Shown: in pieces, positions 1 to 12,931 of the stretch | Numbering within the stretch: position 1 is the first letter of the stretch | Layout: every line of letters starts with the position of its first letter | Source: Octopus vulgaris | Taxonomy: Eukaryota | Assembly (NCBI GenBank): GCA_951406725.2 | Contig: OX597831.1 | Span: 71,424,001 to 71,488,000 of the forward strand | DNA length: 64,000 bases | Direction: 5' to 3' | Position numbers and translations under genes: made by a program | The notes under the pieces: generated by a model | Told to the model about the DNA's origin: nothing | Databases searched by the model: none | The model's input: only the letters and a program-made list of their open reading frames with translations

Positions 1-435
1 AATCTCATACTTATTTAAAATCTTCCTGTTACAAAGAATATATCCTGTATCAAGTATCTGTAGTTATAGCAGATGCTGTCTTACTCAAATTCACTTTGCC
101 TTCCCTTTGGCAGTGTTCCTTACTTTCCTTATGTTTTTTTTTTGCCATTTTCTTGTTTCATTAAACAGATATTTGAAAGACTTTACATAGACTAAATACC
201 AACAATATTTTTGTTGCTTGCTCTTTCCTCACTTCATACCTACCACTCCTGCCATCTCTTGTTCCAATTCGTATTTGATTCTTTTCTCTCTCTCATTCAG
301 TTTCTGTTTAAAGCTGTACGTGTACACATATATACATAAATGTGTGTGCACATGTATGTTTAGAGTATGTGTACTGCCAGCTGTTACTTGCTTGGCAGCT
401 TGAACCATGCTTTCATTTATTATTTTACATACATA

Positions 436-581
436 GGCGCGGGAGTGGCTGTGTGGTAAGTAGCTTGCTTACCAACCACACAGTTCTGGGTTCAGTCCCA
501 CTGCATGGCACCTTGGGCAAGTGTCTTCTACTATAGCCTTGTGATTGCATTTGGTAGACGGAAACTGAAAGAAGCCCGTTG

Positions 582-630
<49 letters not shown>

Positions 631-729
631 TCATATATATATCGTTTAACGTCCGCTTTCCATATATATATACCAGGCCAGTAGATATATATATATATGA
701 TATGTGCCACCGACACAGGTGCCAGACGA

Positions 730-822
<93 letters not shown>

Positions 823-1005
823 CTGTGTTTGTCTCCCCAACATCGCTTGACATCCCCGTTACTTAGCGGTTTGCCAAAAGAGACCGATAGGATAAGTACT
901 AGGCTTACAAAGAATAAGTACCGGGGTTGGTTTGCTCAACTAAAAGACGATGCTTCAGCATGGTCGCAGTCAAATGACTGAAACAAGTAAAAGAGAATAA
1001 AAGAG
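436..1005 (+). mobile_element. SINE family A (tRNA-derived head, CORE-like ccttgggcaag, internal (TA)n, (AGTAAAAG)n tail) with an RTE-tail fragment inside its microsatellite
   Basis: A box TGGCTGTGTGG and B box GGTTCAGTCCC; body matches about 15 other copies in the window. Confidence 0.85.
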
Positions 1006-1507
1006 AAATATGTAGCCCCGAACAGACATAGGCTTCTTGTCAGCTTGCTCACCATTCCCCTGATGGAACATCCTAGTTGTGACAGCTAGAGACATGAAAT
1101 GAAGTGCTTTGCTCAAGGGCACAATTTTCTGCATGGTAAGAGGATTGACTCTATAACCTTATGACCAGAAGCTGAACACCTTAGCCTCTAGGCCGTATGC
1201 CTTCACATATTACTGTTTATACTTATATGTTTGTGTTTGTGTGTATCTGTGAATATATGTGCTTGAGTGTGCGCACGTGTGTGTGTCTGCATGTTTGTGT
1301 GTATATTAGTTTATTTTGGAAGAATGAAAGAGAAGTGTTCAAAACATTTAGATTGTGTGGGGGTTTTATTTTGAAAGTGAAACTTCGTCTCATGACTAGA
1401 GTTTTATACCACTGCATGTTTTCCGCTGAAGAATCACTATGGTGCTAAACTCAAGTCCTAAGATGAACTCTTAGTTTTGGTTTCAATAAAAAATACAATG
1501 TATATAT

Positions 1508-1895
1508 ATATTATTAATACACAAATATGAGAGAGAATCCACTATGTGGATGCTCTTACGCTAGATATAGATCCGCAAAGGGACTCAACCACTAAGAATT
1601 GTTCTCAAGAAAAAATTTAGCACACTAAGACCGTAAGCGAGCAGGACAAATGAAAAATAACAAAACGCTTACGGTCTTAGTGTGCTAAATTTTTTCTTGA
1701 GAACAATTCTTAGTGGTTGAGTCCCTTTGCGGATCTATATCTAGCATAAGAGCATCCATATAGTGGATTCCCTCTCATATTTGTGTATTAATAATATTTA
1801 CTGAATCTCAGTCTTTTATACGCTAGGCCACTGGTGTTTAAATTGGTGTTATTAAATTAATATCCAATTTTTTCACCCTCATTTTGACTTTAATT
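1508..1895. repeat. Fold-back element in (TA)n: ~132-bp inverted arms (1508-1639 / 1666-1797) plus a unique tail; Penelope-like terminal remnant
   Basis: Arms are near-exact reverse complements. Same arm-arm-tail layout as the hammerhead-bearing elements at 33.5 and 34.5 kb. Confidence 0.7.
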
Positions 1896-2164
1896 ATATA
1901 TATATATATATATCATCATTATCATCATGGTTTAACATCCGCTTTCCATGCTAGCATGGGTTGGGCAATTTTGACTGAGGGCTGGCAAACCAGATGGCTG
2001 CACAAGGCTCCAATCTTGATCTGGCAGAGTTTCTACAGCTGGATCAAGATATATATTCACTAGTTTTATCTACCATTCTTTTTTTTCTCTCAACAATGTC
2101 CATATCTTAACTATCATCACACCATCAATGTGCTATTGTGTATCATATTGGCACGGGCAAGGAT

Positions 2165-2508
2165 GCACCACCTTTAGTCAAGCAAATCGACCCCGGGACT
2201 TATTCTTTGTAAGCCCAGTACTTATTCTGTCAGTCTCTTTTGCCGAACCGCTAAGTGACAGAGACATAAACACACCAGCATCGGTTGTCAAGCAATACTA
2301 GGGGGACAAACACAGACACACAAACACACACACACACATATATATATACATACATACGACAGGCTTCTTTCAGTTTCCGTCTACCAAATCCACTCACAAG
2401 GCATTGGTCGGCCCTGGGCTATAGCAGAAGACACTTGCCCAAGATGCCACGCAGTGGGACTGAACCCGGAACCATGTGGTTAGTTAGCAAGCTACTTACC
2501 ACACAGCC
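2165..2508 (-). mobile_element. SINE family A, truncated
   Basis: Reverse complement of the family A body and head. Confidence 0.85.
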
Positions 2509-3960
2509 GGGGAAGAAGCTTTCCAAACTTTGCCAGGCTATTCTTATTCTAGTGGTAACACTCTCTGAGCATCCACCCCCACTACTAACTTGGTTACCTA
2601 GGTAGTGGAATCTATCAACTACTCCTTGTTTCTCCCCCTGGAGTGTGGTGGAATCTGTTTTCTGAGTATCTGTGGTATCTATAGCCCCTGTGCATCTGCT
2701 GCACACGAAAGCTATCTTCTCGGTTAATTTTCCTTTGATGTTGCTGCACCTCTTGTGTCCATAGCTTACACTGAGTACATCTTATGGAGTTTCTACATAC
2801 ACCTTTTCTACAGATTGAGCAGGGCCACCTACCAGAGTGGGTGTGTGATGAGTTCACCTTCTTACTTACTAGAACTTTGGTCTTTGCTACATTGACTCTA
2901 ATGCTTTTTGATTCTAAACCTAGCTTCCACACCCAAAATTTCTTTTCTAGTTCCAGTAGTGATTCCGCTATGAGGGCCAGGTCATCAGCATAGAGGAGCT
3001 CCCAAGGGCAACCCATCTTGAATTCCACTGTTATTGCCTGGAGGACTATGATGAATAAAAGGGAACTGAGGGCTGAACTTTGGTGGACCCCTACTTCTAC
3101 CTGGAATTCTTCATTATACTCATTGCCAATCCTAACCTTACTAACGGCCTCTCTGTGTAGGGCCTGTACAGCCCTTATTAACCATTCATCAATCTCCAGT
3201 TTCTGCATCGCCCACCAGATAAGGGAACAGGGACCAAGCCACTTTCTTTTCAGAATCATTAAAAGCAAGTGCACCATCATCTATGCGGACACATTTCTCT
3301 CCTGTAACATCACAATTTTCTCTCACACACTGTTTTGCAATCCAAAATACCTCAGTTCTTTGGTCCTCACGTCACTAGACATTGGTAAACTTCTTTTCCG
3401 CTTCGCTCTTGGCTATGTATACCTGCCGCCCCACCCTTCCAGGCTTTCCAGGCCTGTTTCTTTGCTCTAATTGCTTTGTCTACTGTACAATTCCACCACC
3501 ACATAACTCTAGGTCTGGAAGGGACTTTGCACCATCCGCAGACTTAGTCTGTGGCACTCAGTAAGCTCTCCCATAGAAATTTCCAGTTACCTTCTATGTC
3601 TGACGTCTGTAGCTCCTCCTCCCTCTCCTCATATTTCTTGATGAGGATGTCCCTAAATCTCTGACCATGTGAAGGGTTCTTTAGCTTCCAAATCCTTCTT
3701 TTTTGGATCGGTCTACTTCTTGGTATCCTTCTGGCCTCGAGCCTAAAGTCACTAATGACTAGCCTATGCTGGGGGGTACATTCTTCACCCGGGAGGGTCT
3801 TTGCATTTAACAGCAACCCTGCGTCCCACTGTTTGGTGAGGATGAAATCAAACTAGCTAGCAGAGTCCCCTGATTAATAGGTTATGAGGTGGTTGTCTGG
3901 CTTCCTGAAGTTAGTATTGCAGATTAAAAGGTTACATGCATCACAGAACTCCAGTAGCCT
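2509..3960 (-). mobile_element. Decayed RTE-clade LINE fragment (APE endonuclease end plus RT, with internal deletions and frameshifts)
   Basis: ORF pieces LLYADDLALIAES and GEECTPQHRLVISDF; closely similar to the LINE at 14.3-16.2 kb. Confidence 0.9.
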
Positions 3961-4318
3961 GTACGTCAATTTTTGTCAATTTTCTTCATTTTTTTTGTTT
4001 AAAAAGGTGTGTATGTGTGTGTATGTGTGTGTGTGTGTGTGTATGTGTGAGTTCTTAGATTGCTTTTCTTTCAGTATGTGATATAATTTCTCCTTTTACT
4101 GTTTATTTCATTTCTAGTGTAATCTATTTGGAGCCAAAGCAATTGCAGTTTTGTATAATATTACAGACATTACTACTTCAGAAGATGAATGTATTGTATT
4201 TACGTTGTTGAAGTATTTTAAATGTAGAAATATACAGACTGTCAAAACCAACAAATGTGTATGGTTGATATTCAGTAGTCACTGCATATAAAACAAAATC
4301 ACAGGAAACATAATAATG

Positions 4319-4349
<31 letters not shown>

Positions 4350-4351
<2 letters not shown>

Positions 4352-4623
4352 TGGAATCTAAAAACAGAAACAATTCCTATCATAGTAGGTGCATTAGGCA
4401 TGATAAAAAAATATTCTGACAAATACATGACAAAAACACCAGCACTTACAAGTATATACAGCATAGAGAAAATTGCACTACTGGGCACTGCACACATCCT
4501 ACGCAGAACACTTTCCATACAATAACCATCAGAGCATCACAACAAATCACAGCACATACCCAAGGCACACAGAGCTGTGCTCGGTAGTGAAGTGAAAGCA
4601 CGCTATAAAAATAAAACTACTGA

Positions 4624-4625
<2 letters not shown>
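4350..4625 (+). mobile_element. 3' end of an R4/Dong-type LINE inside (TAA)n
   Basis: C-terminal motif WNLKTETIPIIVGALG...ALLGTAHILRRTL, then 3'UTR and (TAA)n. Related shorter copy at 45465-45612. Confidence 0.75.
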
Positions 4626-4658
<33 letters not shown>

Positions 4659-4659
4659 C

Positions 4660-5750
4660 TACTTAAAAAGAGGCATGGTACAGTCCCTAGCAGGGATAGA
4701 ATTACTGAATAGAAACTTGATTAAACAAATTGAAATGGAAGGATACAAAGACCTTGGTGTGCGCGAGTTTAACAAGATAATGGAAAACGAAATGAAAGAG
4801 CAACTGAGGATGGAGTATTTCCAAAGCCTGAGGTTGGTGATGTACTAAAAATTGACTGGATGCAATAAAATTCAAGCAGTTAATACATCAGCAATAGCAT
4901 CACTGCAGGATGGAGCAGAAATTATAAAATGGCAAAAGAGAGAACTGAAGGAAATGGACAGTACACGGAGCCTTCCACCCTAAGAGTGACACTGATAGGC
5001 TGTACTTGTCCAGAAGAAAGGATGGGAGAAGCTTGGTCAGTTGCCAGGACTGTATCGAAGCAGAGGAAAACAGCCTAGGGTGGTATATAAAAAATGCCAT
5101 GGAGCTACTGTTGAAATACACGAAGAAGATAGATATGGAGGACCAGATGAGGAGGAGTGACCTGAAGATAGAGACAGAAACACTCATATTCACAACATTA
5201 AATGGCAATTTGGAGCTTAAGCGAAAGTGTGTCTGAGTGGGTAAAGAGTTTGCTTCTCAACCATGTGGCTTCAAGTTCAGTCCCACTGTGTGGAACCTTG
5301 AGCGAGTATCCTCTACTCTAGGCAACCAGTGCTTTGTGAGTGGATTTGCTAGACAGGAACAAGCATTAAGGACCAACTATATGAAGTGTAGAATAGACAA
5401 CACTAACAATAGTGACAAATGCAGAATGTGTAGGGAGAGAGGTGAAACGGTATGGCACATCAAAGGCGGCGAGGAGCTGGCAGAAACGTTAGCACGCCGG
5501 ATGAAATGCGTAGCCGTATTTCGTCTGCCGTTACGTTCTGAGTTCAAATTCCGCCGAGGTCGACTTTGCCTTTCATCCTTTCGGGGTCGATAAATTAAGT
5601 ACCAGTTACGCACTGGGGTCGATGTAATCGACTTAATCTCCTTGTCTATCTTCTCTGTGTTTAGCCCCTTGTGGGTAGTAAAGAAATAAGTATGGCACAT
5701 CATTAGTGGATGCCCGAAATTAGCATAATGCGAATACAAAAGATGTCACG
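4660..5750 (+). mobile_element. Decayed R4/Dong-type LINE internal fragment, interrupted by SINEs
   Basis: Motifs HPKSDTDRLYLSRRKDGR and the CCHC region KCRMCRERGETVWHI-ISGCPKLA, the latter split by a Meta-SINE. Confidence 0.75.
5465..5689 (+). mobile_element. SINE family B (tRNA-derived, Meta/MESC-like domain) with a 13-bp TSD
   Basis: ggcggcgagctggcagaa head, GTTCAAATTCC B box, cctttcatcctttcggggtcgataaa domain; TSD gtatggcacatca on both sides. Confidence 0.85.
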
Positions 5751-5865
5751 ATGGTTCTAGGTAATTTCCACCTTGGTAAATTACACCACAGAAAATTCCA
5801 CCGGGTAAATTTCACCATAGGTAAATACCACCACAGTATATTCCACCATTGTAAATTCCACCCAT
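5751..5865. repeat. ~15-bp periodic repeat (aaattccacc...), probable subterminal repeats of a DNA transposon
   Basis: Seven degenerate ttccacc/ttacacc units at about 15-bp spacing. Confidence 0.5.
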
Positions 5866-6454
5866 GGGCCAATATTATTCCAATTTCGATTATTATTGTT
5901 TCTTTTCTTTTGAGGTCAGATATTGTAATATCGGGTTTATTGTTCTCTTTATGGTTTGATGTTATTATTGAGCTATCTACTAAAAGTCATAACCTTTTCA
6001 CTTCTTGTTCCCTTTTCTATTTGCATGTTTCTTATTTTCTGGGTTTTTTTTTTTATATATATATATTTTTTTTTCTGTAGTAGGTTCACAAATATTATCT
6101 TGGTTATCTCATCCTGTCTCTCTTTATATTTCGTGTGTGCTATTTTCCCACGTTGTATTGCCATATGTTCAATATTTCCTTTGTTTTTTACAATATCTGC
6201 ATGCCTTTTTACTTCCATTGTAGTTGTTTCTGTCTTGTAAATACCGTAGAATATTTTTATCTCTCATTGCGTCTCTTCTTGATACTTCTTCCTCTTTCAG
6301 GTGTTTAAAGTATTCGTCATGTATTTCTTTGTGTGATTGTTCATTAATTATTTTTCCTCCCTCGTATTTTTTGTATTCATTGACATTATTGATATTATTT
6401 TTATGTATTCTTTTTTATTTCCATAATATCATAACCCATATAATAATAATAATG

Positions 6455-6504
<50 letters not shown>

Positions 6505-6505
<1 letters not shown>

Positions 6506-7060
6506 GCCCTGATGCAGTACCAGGCATTGGCTCTCATGGCTTCTGATCTTAACTGACTGGATGTGTTATCATGTACATTGTTTTGTCTTGGTATAAAAGA
6601 TGGGCTACAGCAAATATTCTGCTCCATACCACAGATTTGCTTGTCAGTTGTTTGACCATAACCAGTTGAGCATGTCCCTTAGTGGCTGACGATATGTGCA
6701 TCTCTGATCACGAGTAGAAGTAGTGGGGGAGCATCATAGCCATGTGTTGAGAGGGATTCTTTGGGGTTTGAATAATTCACCTCTGGAAACATGGGTGTTT
6801 CATTCAACATCCTTAAACAACCCTTAATCAGGGACCTTTTGAGTGGGATGGGTTACCCAACCAGAAGAAAATTCTAACTGGGCCCCACCCACAAGGTCAT
6901 GCTCTGTTTATCTTGTTATGAGATCACCATGTTGCGCACATATAGTTGTGATGCATGTGCCTGGTGTACCCTTATCAGACGGGTAGTCATGATGGGTATA
7001 CTGGGCTTTGTATATTTGTACCCCAGTGTCACTTTGATGGCATGCACTGCTCTCTCACTC
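6505..7060 (+). mobile_element. ~560-bp non-coding interspersed repeat flanked by (TAA)n on both sides; probably a Dong/R4 3'UTR or a derived non-autonomous element
   Basis: Further copies at 16211-16650 and 60720-62557, all ending in (AAT)n. Confidence 0.65.
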
Positions 7061-7339
7061 AATAATAATAATAATAATAATAATAAAACATAGGCACTGG
7101 ACAGATGTGGTATTTTTACACCTCTAACCATCAGAATGTTTTTGCTATAGTAATTGCAGTGAATTTGCATTTAGAAATTAAAATACGTCAAAAAGATATT
7201 TTATCTAACCTAATGTTTTTTTATTTCTCATCACTTCTTGGCACTGATGCTGCTATATAGATATATATATATATATCAGGGGTGTGTGGTGATCTTTCTG
7301 GCTGGGGAAGCAATGACCAAAATTTTCTGTGTTCATATT

Positions 7340-7565
7340 CTCTTTACTCTTTTACTCTTTTACTTGTTTCAGTCATTTGACTGCAGCCATGCTGGAGCAC
7401 TGCCTTTAGTCGAACAACTCGAGCCTGGGACTTATTCTTTTGTAAGCCCAGTACTTATTCTATCAGTCTCTTTTGCCGAACCGCTAAGTAACGGGGATAT
7501 AAACACACCAGCATCGGTTGTCAAGCAATGCTAGGGGGACAAACACAGGCACACAAACACACACA

Positions 7566-7607
<42 letters not shown>

Positions 7608-7852
7608 TACGATGGGCTTCTTTCAGTTTCCATCTACCAAATCCACTCACACGGCTTTGGTTGGCCCGGGGCTATAGCAGAAGACACTTGCCCAAGGTGC
7701 CATGCAGTGGGACTGAACTCAGAACCATGTGGTTGGTAAACAAGCTACTTACCACACAACCACTCCTGCGCCTATGGTGCCACGCAGTAGGACTGAACCC
7801 GGAACCATGTGGTTGGTTAGCAAGCTACTTACCACACAGCCACTCCTGCGCC
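7340..7852 (-). mobile_element. SINE family A with a duplicated tRNA-like head
   Basis: The head is repeated at about 7776-7852. Confidence 0.85.
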
Positions 7853-8375
7853 TAGGCCACTCCACACCTATTTAAAAAATTTTTTTAATCACATTTTATA
7901 TTAATTCTGTAATTTGAAAAAATATAAAATATTAGTTGAATAAACACAGAAAACTATGCATGTGTTATCTTTCAACCGTTTTTTTTTTTTCTGATGGAAG
8001 CAGAATGTCGACTTGCTTTCCTTTTCCTAGCTAAGTGTTACATAACAATGTAAGATTATATACATCATTGGCATTGCGAATTGATGGAAACTTACTCTAA
8101 GCGTATAAGTATTTATTAGTATCTAAAACTATTCGTTATCAGCCCTTACTAGAAAAATAATTGTCTTTGTGGCACTTTTATTGGAAAAAATGTTAAAATA
8201 TTACACCAAAAAGGATGTAACAGCTTGTGTTGCCTCCCTCGCACAGGTTTTTTGTGCCATTTGCTACTGCTTGTCATCTCATACTAATTTCAACAAAAAG
8301 AACAATCTTATGAAAAATTGCTTCCAATTTTTAAGGGAAGCATTGCTTCCTTTGCTTCCATGGACCGCATGCCTA

Positions 8376-8428
<53 letters not shown>

Positions 8429-9616
8429 TATATACATACATATAACAATTAGAAAAGAACACCTTTTATCAATTCAAAAGGAACAATTAAATTACACCAT
8501 CTAGAAAATAACAATACTAGAAATATTAAAAATACAATAACAATAATATTAATATACCGATGATTAAGTAAATTGCAAAATAATGATAAAAACGTATATA
8601 TTTGGTAGAATAACTATATATTTGAATATATATATTAGAATAACTATATATTTGGTAGAATAATATTATTTTATATATATATATATACATATACCCACAA
8701 GCTAAGATGTGTATGTATATAAGCTAATTTTCCTTGATATAAATGGTGATTGTCCCTCTTTATCGCAGTAGGATTTGTTAAGTCTTAGGGTAGCCCTTTT
8801 TAATGGCCCAGTGAATTTTAGGATCTAGGAGATACAGTAATTCATTGAGCAGTAGTACTTGTATAATTAATTGGACATACGTAAGAGCCCTCTGCCTTTA
8901 GGCAAGTGTTTACACAACTCCTCTTTTCAGGTAATATACTCTCTATCATCCCATCTACTCCACAATATTAGAACAGCCACAATCAATGTGGGCACAATGA
9001 AAGTTAGGCCTGGTGGAGTTTTTAAGATGCTAGAATGCAGGCAGGCATGTGTGTTGTGTGCAGGTGGTGTGATGGAGGGAAACCTAAACTAGACTTCTCA
9101 TGGACAAGAAGGTAGGATTGGGATGGTGGTGGTGGTGGTGGTGGTGGTGGTGGTGAGAGTGGTAGTGGCAGAGGCAGTGTTATTGTTTTTGTTATAGTTA
9201 TTGCAAGAACACACACACACGTACATTATTTTATTATATCTGAGAAGTGACATCATGGACTGAAAGGTCAAAAATTTTTTGTACAGACACACTTATCAAT
9301 TTTTGATTAGTTCATTCACATGAAACTTTTGGCTCTTGAGACACTGATGTAGCTTCTCAGCTAAAGTATAAGTACACACGCGCACACACACACACACACA
9401 CAAGTGCACATTGCAAATATATTAATGAAACCAATACCAATACAATGAAATATTTTGCACATTCAATAATTCTTCATACGTCAACAAAATTTAACAGACA
9501 CCGTTTTTATTTGAATTCTGTCTGACTTGTTATCTGGCAGTATTAATTCTTTTGCTGTGCTTCACCAATCATATTTTTCATTGTTGTCACCGTCTTCACC
9601 ATCGCCCCTATCATCG

Positions 9617-9655
<39 letters not shown>

Positions 9656-12410
9656 CCATGTTACTTCCATTTTCCATGCAGACATAGGTTGGAATGATCG
9701 TCATGGTTTATGTCAGTTCATAATTGAAGTTACTGACCTCCACTTAATTTCAGTCAGGAAACTACACCTTACTCAGACATCCCAGTTTTGTCATGGCTTT
9801 TATGACTAAATGTCCTTCCAAATACCAACCACTTTACAGAGAGAGAGAGAGAGAGAAAGAGAGAGAGTACACTGTGCATTTAATCATGGTGCCAGCACAA
9901 GGAAGCTTCTCATATTCTTAACACGATTAAACAGTCTTCTCAACCCTACATTGTATCTGCTTGATTTACCAACCACTTCACAGAGTGACCATTGCAGTGA
10001 GGTTGCCTTGTAAATCACAAGACTGAAGATCCCCCATGACTCTAAGAGGGAGAATGGAAGAAATTGAACTTTGAGCTTGAGGTGGGGTATTGAAAGAAGT
10101 TAAAACATGATCAGAAAGAAGGTTTATTGTTGAGAGTGCAAGTAAATGTGAAGCAGATGAGATAGTGCTGTGGGCATGAATTATAAAGGAAAAGATAGAA
10201 TGGGTGGGGAGTAAGAGGTAAGGGTTATGATTTGCTTGAGTATGGGGCAATCCAGTGTTAGTTCACACTAAATAGGTATGAATGGGTGGTGTAGGGGGTT
10301 TGTGAGGGAAGAAAAAGGAGAGAACAATGTCAGGGTGTTGTGGAGGCAGAGGCGATGCAGAGAGAAGAGGAGAGAAAGAGATTATAGGGTGTCATTGTAG
10401 GAGAGAGATTCTGTGAAAGAAAGGGAAGGTGGGGGTGAGTAACAGAGGATGGATACAATGAGGGCTTTCCAACCCTTACAACATCTTCACATTTTGCTTG
10501 CTATAATTGCACAAAAATACGGTCCTTCTCTAACACTGTACTCCATGTCATTTCTTTTTTGAATCTTAACATCTTGAGATAGTTTTCATTTTTTTCCCCA
10601 TGTCTTGCTCAGTCTTCCTCATCCACAGGTTCCATCCACTTTCAGTGCTGGGCATGTTTTCTCTTCACAACAGTCATTATCCATATGCCTCTCTCTCGTA
10701 TTCATGCCAATGCAGTCTCTCTTGTACATCCGATTCTTCTTATAACTAGCATTTCTTTCAGCTTATTTGTACTCACATCATTCATGCACTTCCGGCAACA
10801 CACAGCCATCAAAATATGCTCACTTAAATTCTTACTAGTTTTTGCACTTGCTTCAGTTTTTGGCTGATAAGGACCAGAAGTTCTATGAGCACAGAATCAT
10901 GAAGTTGCCAGAAAGATGACAAAAGGTTATTGAATAAAATGGAAAATATATATAGTTGATTAAAGTTCATTCTTTGTATGGAATAAAATGGCTTATTTCA
11001 CACTAAAAAACTGAAATTACTTTCTTGCCAGCCCAACAGATAGCTGGCTAGCTAGATAGACAGATAGATTGGTTGGTTTGTTGGCTGCTTGCTTGCTTGC
11101 CTGCCTGCCCCTTCAATACTGCTTATGTGGATTTTTATTACATCTTTTCAAGAATCAAATGTTTCAGAAAAATATACAATTTCATCATATAGTTTTCAAA
11201 ATAACCACAGAATTTCCACAGGTAGTGCTAGTTGTTATTAATATTTTAGAAAGATTTAAGGTGGCAAGCTGATAGAATCGCTAACATAATGGACAAAATG
11301 CTTTAGTGACATTACATCCGTCTTCGTGTTCTGAGTCCAAATTCCTTTGAGGTTGATTTTCATCCTTTTAGGGTCAATAAAATAAGTATCCGTTGAGCAC
11401 TGGGGTCACTGTAATTGACTAATCCTGTCCCTTGAATTGTTGGCTAGAATTTGAAATCAATATTTTAAAAAGATTACTTCTTTGAGACAATTATTTGTTT
11501 TAACATGAGGAACATTTATTGTTATTAGTCGAAAGGGAGAAAAGCAAAGTTGACCCGGTGGAAAATCTATCTTATTTTCCCACTGGGGGCATTTTGTGGA
11601 AGTGTCCAAGTGGAACCTGAAACCATGAGGCTTTGACTGGAAAGGAAATTTTTTACCCCCAACTCCTTTCAGTCTCAGTTACTACATGACCCCTTTTACT
11701 GTAGCTACCAGGCAGTGGAAAACTGCTTACCTTGCCTCATTAAAGGAGAGCAGCAAGTTGAATATTGATTTCTGTATGAATCACAAGACTGAGTTCTTGT
11801 AGGGAGACATATGGAATTAAAACAACTTCAGAAGTTAAATGGTACCCGTTTTATTCGTTCGGGTAAATTTGAACATAGGACACAAATGGTTATAGCTAAA
11901 TTCCATAACACAATAAATATATATCCTGACCTCTGTAAATACATCTAGTAATCTAACCAACATCAACTGATTGTCCATTTGTTGCTTATAGCTTAATACT
12001 TACATAAGAAATCAATAATATAGGAATAAGATATCTTCATTTCCATCAGATCGTTCTAGAACAAAACTAAGAAACAGTTCACTTGATTATTAATGTGTGT
12101 CTGCTTGCCATCATCATTTTGTCCCATCGTCTGTTGCTCATTTGATTTCAGTGTCCATGGCAGACTGGATGTTAAACCTTCTCTACAACTTCTAATTTTC
12201 CTTTCTTATTTGAAGGGATGTAGTCCAATAATTGTCTTTTAAGAGAGCAGCCTGTATAAACCATCAGCTTATCAAAAACAGAAATACACTCAGAATTTAT
12301 GAAGAAGTAACATAGAGGTTCTGTTGTGTCTGGGGAGAGTAATTTTCTTTTTGTGCCTTATTATGTAACACACTCACCGGTAAAATTTCCACTTTTTTCT
12401 TATTTTAATT

Positions 12411-12449
12411 GTCCTAAAATTTTCATTGCATCTTGCAACCTTTTCAATA
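12411..12449 (-). ncRNA. Truncated hammerhead remnant (UUGAAAA core)
   Basis: Minus strand reads ta-TTGAAAA-g-gttgca-aga-tgcaat-GAAA-ATTT-tagg; the 5' strand of stem I is mostly lost. Confidence 0.4.
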
Positions 12450-12618
12450 CTTTTGACTCTGGCCATTATTTACACTGCGTTCCCTTTTGTTTTCATTGAG
12501 GTGTCAATAACGAACTGTTTTCTACCTTTAAAACTTTGCTGCTCATTATTTTTTGTTTTAACTAATTATTATTACATATAGGAAATCTGATCAAATTCAA
12601 TTTACATTTCTTTTTCAG

Positions 12619-12708
12619 TGAGATGGATGGTGAAGTAGTTCCTTCAGATTGGCAGGGAAAACTCCCCATAACATACAAAATAGGTCCAGGTCATGTAAAT
12701 TCTTCATT
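12619..12708 (+). CDS. NAALAD2/FOLH1-like: Internal exon A of a glutamate carboxypeptidase II / NAALADase (M28B) family gene
   Basis: Acceptor tttcag| and donor |gtaagt; 90 nt, phase 2-2. Reads EMDGEVVPSDWQGKLPITYKIGPGHVNSS, similar to GCPII [25 protein letters not shown]. Splices in frame to the exon at 46025 (TT+A = Leu). Confidence 0.9.
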
Positions 12709-12890
12709 GTAAGTACTCATTTATTTCTTTTGATTTTTTTTTTTTACTTGGTAACCAAGTCAGTGTTGATGCCACACAAATTGTCTGTTGAGAACATTGG
12801 TGAATATTTCCAGTAACACATTTGATAATTTATTTTAGCCTCATAATTAAGACCATACTTAGAACACCACCTTCAGTAAATGCACATGCT

Positions 12891-12931
<41 letters not shown>

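Noticed and set aside
425-981. Recurring ORFs such as [25 protein letters not shown] and poly-YI peptides
   Set aside because: They are translations of SINE A and (TA)n, recurring wherever the SINE occurs; not genes.
1-12618. The preceding GCPII exon (LPxIPxxPIxYxDA motif)
   Set aside because: Not found by eye; it probably lies upstream of the window, but a diverged small exon cannot be excluded.
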